Source: Octopus sinensis (Eukaryota). Taken from it: a DNA stretch of 64,000 bases. The DNA is taken from contig NC_043003.1 in assembly GCF_006345805.1 (NCBI RefSeq), positions 1,426,001 to 1,490,000 of the forward strand, in the 5' to 3' direction. The translations under genes and the position numbers were made by a program. How positions within the stretch are numbered: position 1 is the first letter of the stretch; every line of letters begins with the position of its first letter. The notes under the pieces were generated by a model. The model was not told where the DNA came from and ran no database searches. It saw nothing but the letters and a program-made list of their open reading frames with translations. Below, piece by piece: positions 54,460-64,000 of this stretch.

Positions 54460-54844
54460 ATATATATAATATATATACATTCGATGCTTTTTCCAGGGAA
54501 TCTAATGCTCTTAGCTTCGTTTTTCTTGGGGCTGGCCAGATTGGAGCAATCTCAAGATTAATCAGCCGAAAAATTGCGAGGATGATCGGTTCTTGACTGA
54601 GGATTAAAAGGCTTCGAATGACCCGTCCTTTTTGTATCGTCTATCTGGATGTTTTGTTGCCCCTTTTTGTATCACCTAGCTGGCGGATGTTTTGCGTTCT
54701 TGTCCCATTTTGTATTATTATATATATATATTATATATATATATACAGAGAGAGAGAGAGGAAAGATGTTGACAGATAGAGACAGAGAAGTCAGACAGAC
54801 TGATATATATATTATATATATACATATATATATATACACATACA

Positions 54845-54915
<71 letters not shown>

Positions 54916-55163
54916 TGTTGACAGACAGAGACAGAGAAGTCAGACAGACTGACATATATATATATATATATATAGAGAGATAGATAGATATATACATACA
55001 TACATACATACATACATACATACATACATACATACATTCACATACATACATACATACATATACGTAGTTCTGTGGGTGTAAATATATACAGATAGATACA
55101 GGTTTGTGTGTATATGCATATATGTATTTGAGTATGTATGTGTATGCCTTTATACACTACATG

Positions 55164-55212
<49 letters not shown>

Positions 55213-55858
55213 ATGGTATATTTTTTTTATTATTTTTCATTCATTTTATGTAATATAATTTTACTTCATATAATTTCTCGACCATAAAAAGCATTTAATT
55301 CGACATCATTGTTATCAGATAGCAATTTTCTTTTCCTGCTTCAGTGAATTCATTCTGTTTTCTATTGTTGAGTCGCACTTAACGACATCACAGATTACAT
55401 TACAATTCTATCGTGACAAGATGCAAACAACTACTAGCAGTCGTTAAACTAAGAATATCTGATAAGAAAAAAATACCGTCCTTGACTATGAAACGGTTTC
55501 TGGACATTAAATAGAGACAGCAGTCTGGCATTTATTAGTTGTAAACCACTTCCACATTATGACAATATATATAAAAACTTAACAGAAGCATTCTAGCTTA
55601 TAAAAAAAAAACTAGTTTGGCAGCTACGCGCTTTGCATCTGTGGCAATTTAATCGATTAAGCAGCATGCATACCGAAATTTGCTGTGCTTGTGTTGTGCT
55701 AGGCTATTCGAAACACATGTCAGCTAAATAAATTGTTGGTAATGCACCTTCTTTTGCTTTATGCTATGTGTGTGTGTGTGTGTGTGCATATGTATGTATG
55801 CATGCATGTATGTATGTATGTATAAATGAAATTATGATCATCATCATTATTATTATTA

Positions 55859-55899
<41 letters not shown>

Positions 55900-56400
55900 G
55901 CCATGATGCAGTACCGGGCACTGGGTGACATGGCTTCTGATCTTAACTGATTGGAAGTGTTATCATGTACATTGTTTTGTCTTGGTATAAAAGATGGGCT
56001 ACAGTAAATATTTTGCTCAATACCACAGATTTGCTTGTCAGTTGCTTAACCTTAACCAATTCAGAATGTCCCTTGATGGCTGACGATAGGTGCACCTCTA
56101 ATTACGAGCAGGAGTAGTGAAGGAGCATCATAGCTATGTCGAGAGAAATTCTTTGGGCTTTGAATATTTCACCTCGGGAAACATGAATCGTTCGTTCAAC
56201 ATCCTTAAACAACTCTTAATCAGGGCTGCTCGACCTGAAGAAAATTCTAACTGGGCCCCACCTGCAAGGTCATGCGCTATTTATTTTGATATACTGTCAC
56301 CATGTCACGCACAAATAGTTGTGTTGAATATTCCTGGTGTACCCTTATCAGATGGGTAGTCATGATGGGTATACTGGACTTTGTATATGCTCTCTCACTC

Positions 56401-56443
<43 letters not shown>

Positions 56444-56911
56444 TAATAATAATAATAAGAGCCCTCAGAGAGCGCAAACCTCTGTCAAGGCAACACCAAC
56501 GTCCTCTCAACGATTAGCCAGAGATGATTTTTAAAATGAGAATATCTGAAATAAACTCGACTCCTCTCACAAATGAGAATCCTAAAAATGAGCCCGACAG
56601 CTCTCAAAAATTCAGTAAAAAAACGGAAAAATAATCCAGAATCCTTGTCCAGTACCAGATCGATCCCAAAATCTAAATCAGTCCGTGCCAGTCACGAGGC
56701 CAAATATCCTTGAAAGTTTCATCCGAATCCATCAGCAGTTCTTGGGATATCGTCTCGACGAACAAGCAAACGAACAAACATGACTGAAAACAATACCTCC
56801 GCCTTCGCACGAGCGGAGGTAATAACAATGATGATGATGATGATGATGAGTCGTGTAAACAAAACATATGTCAATCCCAGCAGACTGCAACACTTCTGTG
56901 CAGACATTTAT

Positions 56912-57400
56912 AAATTTAAGTAAAATAAGGACCTTGTAGTAGTTTTAAAATGTGGAATCTAAGAACAATAGCTGTGTCTGTGATCGTGGGTGCTTTGAGG
57001 ATAATACCAAAAAGCACTCTTTAATATTGTTTCCAAATACCAGGAAACTCCTAGACATCTGAACTACAGAAAAATTATTCTCATGAGTACTGCCCACATC
57101 CTAAGAAAAACATTGTCAACTTGAAAATACCTGATTGAATGATACTGCAGGGTGTCAAAAACATAGTGATATCCGTTTGGCAGCTGATGATTGGAATATA
57201 TTTTTGATATTCTTGCTGTCTGTGAATCTTTTATATGTTGGGTCGCGTTCTTCTGAGTTGTCCTTCATTCTTGTAAGGTTGAACTTGTTTAAGGGTTTAT
57301 GGTTTAATGTGATTACATATATTGATATTGCGTGATCGTCTTCATTGGGAATCGTTCTTGGCTAGGACGACACTTAAGGGATTCTAGTTTGGGAGTTTTG
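56912..57400 (+). mobile_element. Older, decayed copy of the R4/Dong-like LINE 3' end
   Basis: KDL..KMWNLRTIAVSVIVGALRIIPK..IPG..ELQKIILMSTAHILRKTLST* across frameshifts (stop at 57122-57124). Confidence 0.6.
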
Positions 57401-58407
57401 TGACATATATTTGGTGAGCTTTCACACAGTTTCGCTCATATGAAAGTGGTCGGCTTGGGACTAGAGTAGAAAACACTCGCCCATGATGTCGCGCAGAGGG
57501 ACCGAACCCAAAACCACGAGCTTCTTAAAGACAAGGCATGCCTGCACTGATATATCACGAGATCACGTGATCGAGCCGACAGTCCGATGGTCACAATGCG
57601 CTTTGTCTCGTTTTACCTTCCGAATGATGGCACCACCCAGCTGGTTAGGCGAGCTGGCCAACGTTACCCCCTGATCGGAAGGCTAGTCCATCACAGAGTG
57701 ACCTAGTTACAGATGAGTGGACTGGTGCATTGTGAAATGAAGTGTTTTGCTCAAGAACACAACGCATCTCCCGGACCGGAAATCGAAATTACAATCGCTA
57801 GATCGTGAGTGCCACACCCTAACCGCTTGGCCATGCGCTTTCACTTGAAAATATTGGTGTATATATCGATGCAACGAGTCGGATTTCTTTACTCTTCAAC
57901 AAACAGACGACTAATGAGTGCGGAAACAACAACTGGTTTCGATAAAATCGATTAAAAAGCCTTGAACGTGGTGTCCCACAATGATTGCAACCCAGTGACT
58001 GAAACCAGTAAAAGACTACGATACATCAATATAACATATCGATATAGAATAGATCAATATAATATATTGGTGATATATCAGCATGTACTGCTACAAATGA
58101 AGATTTATATTTCTCTTCCAGCGCGAAATATCTCGTTAGCTTTACACCATTGAGATATAACAATATCGAAGTTAATCCGTTGCAACCAATTCACTGACGG
58201 CCGCCACAAATATAATTAGAAATAGCAAACCACACATGATTGCTCAAAAGACCGTCACTGAGAACAAACGCGGATTATTACTTCTGACTTCTTTAAACAC
58301 ACATTTCATTACTTTTTCTGTGGGGTATGAGACGTCTTGACACAGCAGTTTTGGCGCCGTGTCTTTGCCGTTACTGATTCGACGCTGCGTAATTTGACAT
58401 CAGACAT

Positions 58408-58700
58408 TTTAATGTTTCTCTTCTTCTTCTTCTTCTTCTTCTTCTTCTTCTTCTTCTTCTTCTTCTTCTTCTTCTGCTCCTTCTCCTCCTTCTTCTTCTT
58501 CTTCTTCTTCTTCTTCTTCTTCTTCTTCGTCTTCTCCTTCTTCTTCTTCTTCTTCTTCTTTCTCTCTCTCTCTCTCCCTCTCAAGTTCTCTCTCTTCCTC
58601 TCTCTTTCTAGCTCTCATTCTCTCTCTCTTTCACTCTGTCTCTCTAGCACTCATTCTCTCCTCTCTCTCTTTCTCTCTTGTCTCTCTATCACTCATTCTC
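58408..58700 (+). repeat. (CTT)n followed by a (CT)n-rich tract
   Basis: Directly visible; runs into the assembly gap. Confidence 0.95.
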
Positions 58701-58800
58701 NNNNNNNNNNNNNNNNNNNNNNNNNNNNNNNNNNNNNNNNNNNNNNNNNNNNNNNNNNNNNNNNNNNNNNNNNNNNNNNNNNNNNNNNNNNNNNNNNNNN
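58701..58800. other. Assembly gap (100 N)
   Basis: Run of N; the true length is unknown. Confidence 1.
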
Positions 58801-59085
58801 TCCCCCACCATTGATGACAGCCGATGTTGGTGTGTTTACGTCCCCGTAACTTAACGGTTGGGCCAAAAAGAGACCAATAGAATAAGTACTAGGCTTATAA
58901 AGAATAGGTCCTGAGGTCGGTTTGTTCGTCTAAAGGCGGTGCTCCAGCATGGCCGCAGTCAAATGACCGAAACAAATAAAAGAATAAAAGAATACACATG
59001 CGCGTGTGCACACGCACGCACACAAAGAAGACAACAGGGAGTAGACAAGTCTTAAATAGTTTAACGCTTCACAAGAAAGGAAATA

Positions 59086-59123
59086 CTCTTGACGTTTCGG
59101 ACGCTAGTCCTTCATCAAAGAAA
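59086..59123 (-). ncRNA. Near-complete minimal hammerhead in a Penelope-like terminal repeat
   Basis: Minus strand: UUGAUGA-a-GGAC uagc GUCC-GAAAC-GUC-aagag (C3 to U). Confidence 0.5.
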
Positions 59124-59627
59124 AAAATTGGAAAAGATGATTGGAAAAAGGGTTAAAAACCACTTGGAAATGTGAGTTTATGTTGGAGAGTTAGGAAGTA
59201 AGAAGGAGTCGAGGTGGTATGTGAATGTATAGAAGGATATTCTTGTATAGAAATGGTCATAAGGGCGATGTGTGAGCGTGTGAGTGGTGCTATGGGATGA
59301 ATGGTTTCTTGAGGCGTGTATAGGTGTGTGGAGATATGCAAGTAGAAAAGGATGTGTGCTGGTGTAATTGTTTGCATGTGAGAAAAAGGGGTGGAGGAAA
59401 GGATGGGGAGGTAGGCGCGATGAAATGAAAGAGAAAGTAAAAAGAATGTATTGCTTAAGAAAACAAAACAAGATTAAAACAGTGAAAAATATTTGTTAAA
59501 ACTAGCACTGCAACGCCCAAGAAAGTAATCGCACACACACACACACACTCACACATGTACATATGCATATATATATATATATCTATAATACATATATATA
59601 TATATATAATTATATATATATTATATA

Positions 59628-59665
<38 letters not shown>

Positions 59666-59677
59666 TATATATATATC

Positions 59678-59744
<67 letters not shown>

Positions 59745-59853
59745 GGGGGGGGCATTATGGTGTAAACAGGAAAATAGAACTCGAAATATGAGTATATGCA
59801 TATTTTATTAATATTTAGCAGAAGCAACAGAGTGACTCAAGGCCTTCAACTTT

Positions 59854-59908
59854 AACTAGTTTGCTAAGTGCCAACGCACGAAACTCTCGGACATTGAGTC
59901 ACTCTGTT
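59854..59908 (+). ncRNA. Degenerate type I hammerhead inside a 30-bp inverted repeat
   Basis: aacuagu-UUGCUAA-GUGC caac GCAC-GAAACUC...GAGUC-acucuguu. Helices II and III are intact and the core is decayed. A sibling copy lies at 25088-25135. Confidence 0.45.
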
Positions 59909-60011
59909 ACTTCTGCTAAATATCAACGTCAATATACATATATATATACATATTACATATACAATTATCTGTTATGTATAATATATATATATATATATAT
60001 ATAATATGTAT

Positions 60012-60055
<44 letters not shown>

Positions 60056-60215
60056 TATATATATATATATATATATTATATTATATATACAGTATAATAT
60101 ATATGAATGTATGTATGTATCAATATTAATTTCTTTTTCTTAATTGTCTTTTCCATTCCACCAATTTTCTAATTCTTTACAATTTCTCTTTTTCTCTTTT
60201 AACAATCTCCATCAT

Positions 60216-60247
<32 letters not shown>

Positions 60248-60309
60248 ATGCACACATACACGCACACATACATATATACATACATACATTTACATGCATG
60301 CCCACAACC

Positions 60310-60343
<34 letters not shown>

Positions 60344-60392
60344 GCACACACACACACACACACACACCCCTGCACACACATTAAAGATGCAG

Positions 60393-60771
60393 GACCACAT
60401 AAAGATCGAGATTAGCGATGCCACCGAAATGGTGCCGATGAGCAACAACGACGCTGTGGCCAATAAAACCAACGTCGATGCCAATGGACCGTGTCCAGAG
60501 AACGGCGTGCCTCCACCTTTGCTCAACAACGACTTCACGTGCGCCGTCAATGACAACTACAGACCAGTCAGTCCCACCGACACGGAACCAACGAACGGAC
60601 CGATCGTCGAAGACGTCTACGACATTCCGGAAAACCTTCGCAGAAAGACACAACAACAACAACAACGACGGCAGGAACAACAACAAAAAGAACTGCAGCA
60701 GCAGCAGCAGCAGCCGGCATCGAACGAAAATATCGATGACGGTGAGACAAAGAAATTGGTCCCTGCACCTG
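60393..60771 (+). CDS. Probable cytoplasmic-domain exon of the TNFR-like gene (DHIKIEISDATEMVPM...EDVYDIPENL...polyQ...KKLVPAP)
   Basis: GC-rich, non-repetitive island with an open frame. Phase-0 acceptors at taaag|ATG (60387) or tgcag|GAC (60393) match the 44735 donor. Phase-1 donors at GACG|gtgaga (60741) or CCTG|gtacgt (60771). Linkage to the upstream exons is inferred; it could instead be the first exon of a separate gene (ATG at 60387). Confidence 0.6.
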
Positions 60772-63395
60772 GTACGTAAAATTATGACGAAAACTGATGC
60801 CGACCTTGGCATTTGCGGTGGTGGTGGTGGTGGTGGTGGTGGTGGTGGCGGTGCTAATGGTGGCGGTGTTGTTGGTATTAGTGTTTATATGATGGTGTTA
60901 GAATTGATGGTGGTGGTCATAACTGGTGACTATTTTATTATATTATTTTTGTTGGTAATAATAATGTTAGTGATGGTAATGATGAAAAAAGTAACTGAGA
61001 AAAAAAATTAAAAGATTAAAAAATTAAAAAATAATGTTTCAAAAATGATTAAAAAAATATCAAAATATAAATCAACACAAAAAAAAATCAAAAGTAAACC
61101 TGCTATTAGAAGCATTAACATCTTCAAGATCGATCAAAGACAGCAGACGATGAAGTGAAACGGTTTCATATATTTTGACTTCCCGTTTGATGTTTAATGG
61201 AAGTATATCAATAGTGCTGGCTTTTTTGGCTATTAAGACTTTACGCACACGCACAAAAAACAAAAACAAAGAAAAAAAAACAAGGAATAGTGTTTATTAG
61301 AAATCTATGTATATATATATATAGCTTTCTAAACCATCCACAACCTTTAAAGCTGGGATATTTCATCTGGAATTTAGTGTTCGGGAAGTTAATATGCCAT
61401 TTAGTTGCAAATAAATCAATATAATAATTAGTTTGCTTTCAATATATTCAACTGATTAGTCGGGACGATGGACGAGCGGATCAAGGCGTTGTGCTTTTAT
61501 AAAAGTTTTCAGAGAAATTCTGCTGTAGACAGAAATATAGTTTTCATACCATGTGATGCGCCATCTTGATTTCTCTAATACCTCTCATAGTCTACTCCTT
61601 TGTGGTTTCAGGAGTTATGCGGTGAAATCGGCCGCTGTCCTTCCCACATCTTGAATTAAAAATAGAGAAATTCAGATTTAAAAAATGACATTTAGTTATT
61701 TCTATATCGATATTATGATGGTGAGTGTTGTAGAACTAGAGTGAAGCTCCGGGAGAGTGCTGTAGAGATAGAAGTAAGCTCTTGGAGAGTTGTTGTAGAG
61801 ATAGAGTTAATCCCCTGGGGAGTAATGTAGAGCTAGAGATTAACTCCAGGAATGTGTTGTAGAGCTAAGCTCCTGGTGAGTCCAGTCCACGACCTCGTTT
61901 CTTTCTCCTTCAATTCATTTTCGCCGCTTGTTAACCCATGCTAAACACAACTTATGCTACAACATTCCATTTGCCTCTTACTTTCAAACATAAGTCATTT
62001 TGTACCAAGTCAAAGCAAAATCTTTATACCAATTACTTAATTTCTTCTATCATAGCTGCCTGCAAAGCTGCCAAGGAGACTAGGTTGTTGGATTCGAAGT
62101 CTATAAAAGAGAATGGGGAAAGATTGTTAAAATCAAATCTTAGCTTTCTCACTAAACATTAATTTTTCCATAATTTATGCTGTCCTGTATAAAACAAAAT
62201 CTTGGCAGTATTCCACCCCCACAAAATAACATTAATTTATCACGAGAAATATTTCAATAATTGTTGTAAAAAATATTTTCCTGAGTCAATTACTTCCAAA
62301 TATATAGAATTTTACCCAATCTCCAACAGACGGGGTTATTTTTAGTCATAAATATAGTTTTGTTTATGTTCAATTACTAATCTACTTCAGTAGTTTAAAC
62401 TTCTTCAGATTAAAATTTAATTAGTTTCATCAATTATATCCCATAATTCACAGAGATGTTTGAACTTCGATTCATATTGGGACTGAAGGAAAGATCCACA
62501 TGAATGGCTCTTCCATTGACTCGAGTCTAAATCCATCGATATCAACATATTGATTGATACATTGCAGTACTTTAACCAAACAAAACAATGGTGTTGGCGT
62601 TGGTGTTGGCGTTGGCGGTGGTGGCGGTGGTAGTGGTGGTAGTGGTGGTGGTGATGGTGTTATGTAGGTCAGATCATCTATGATTGAGGAGATCTTTGGC
62701 ACTTAAGTTGTCTGCTGAAAGTCTAGGTATAATCCATTGATCCATATCTGTGGATATACAGTATTATACAGATGCGGATCTTATTGCACACACTGACACA
62801 TTGTGATTGATCGTATGCAATACAATTTTATAGACTGGGCAATGGACGCTGTGTAGCATAATTGCCAACAAAAATCTCGTTTAATGCAACGGTGTAGTGT
62901 ACCTTCTGACAGCATTTATTTCTTGTAAAAGGGAGAACTGTAGACAGCTAAATACTTTTTCTTTCAATGCCATAGAGAAATATGCATTAATGGGACACGA
63001 AATCCCGACTGTTTGGTCACTAAGCTAGTAACCTATCGACTCGGTCAGTCGCAAACCTTTTCCCTCAAATATAATTTAATTTTGGAAAACGAAATATCAT
63101 TTAATTAATTTCCGCTGACATGTTCTAATTAACTTCAACGCATAAATCTTATTGTTCACAAATCAGTGAATCTTTTGGCCAAAGATCAAATCTTGTCTTT
63201 CAACAGTTTTCTGCCTTATTCGTTTTATTTTTCTAACATTCGCTTCATTTCTCACTAAAAATGCATTTTGCACAAATGTTTTTTTCCCGCTTCAATCTCC
63301 ATTTCTCTCATCTTCCAGCTTTTTTTCATTTCTCTCTTCCCACACATTAACCTTGCTTCCAACGAGCTTTATTTAGCTTTTTTCAATGGTTGCAG

Positions 63396-63427
63396 ACAAA
63401 AACAGCTCAGTCAATCGACATTGCCAG
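63396..63427 (+). CDS. Candidate 32-nt exon (DKNSSVNRHCQ) continuing the TNFR-like gene
   Basis: Long pyrimidine-rich stretch upstream, ttgcag| acceptor and CAG|gtttgt donor. Phase 1 to 0 fits the phase-1 donor of the previous exon. Support is from splice signals only. Confidence 0.35.
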
Positions 63428-64000
63428 GTTTGTATTGTATATTGTTCATCTTTATATCGGCTTCGAAAGTATAAGAGGAAAGAAAGTGTTGCATCCATGT
63501 GTAATATTTTTTCTCGATTTCATTTCAAGCCAAAGAGTATAAATATATATATATATATTAAATAAATATATCGAATAAATGTGTGATTACAATTCTTGAT
63601 ATTTCTACTGTATTTTAAACGATCCTTTTGTAAATTATTTTAAAAGATCTTTTTTGTAAATGAGCTGCTTGGTTTTACAGACTATATTTGCTTTCAAGTC
63701 AATTAAATTAAGAATCTTTGCTGAACGATTCTATCACAAGGAAAGTTGCGTGTGTAGATGTGCGTGTGTATTTAAAATTGAAAATAAAATGAAAGTACCA
63801 AATGATTTTACTTATATTACCGTATGTATATGTGTTCTGTTGGCCAGCGCACGCATTCGTGTTATATCAGTCATTTGAAATGCATAAATGGTATTCTTGT
63901 AAATACAATTTTATAGATGTTTTTGTAAATATTCTTGTAGACATTCTTGTAAATGTAATTTTACTGAAGAGGTTCAACTTAACCGTAAACGACAGATATT

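Overview
AT-rich, microsatellite-saturated animal genomic DNA. The SINE families and repeat landscape suggest a coleoid cephalopod, probably Octopus (inference; no database search possible). One protein-coding gene is supported: a plus-strand TNF-receptor-superfamily type I membrane protein. Its phase-compatible exons lie at 33159-34344 (Cys-rich domains plus long stalk), 42189-42310, 44610-44735 (transmembrane), about 60393-60771 (cytoplasmic) and possibly 63396-63427. Its signal-peptide exon was not found and the gene probably continues past the window. The rest is SINEs and transposon relics (mariner, piggyBac, Helitron, R4/Dong-like and HERO-like LINE ends, MITEs) plus simple repeats. The most striking unexplained layer is a set of hammerhead-ribozyme-like motifs from several repeat families, found by eye. 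They include a ~300-nt retrozyme-like monomer (one dispersed copy plus a tandem pair), an intact hammerhead enclosed by ~170-bp inverted repeats, a tRNA-headed SINE carrying a hammerhead, and Penelope-type minimal motifs. Motifs with an intact core and pairable helix I lie antisense to the gene, while the sense-strand ones all carry lesions. All folding and alignment was manual. Repeat boundaries are approximate and ribozyme activity is untested.
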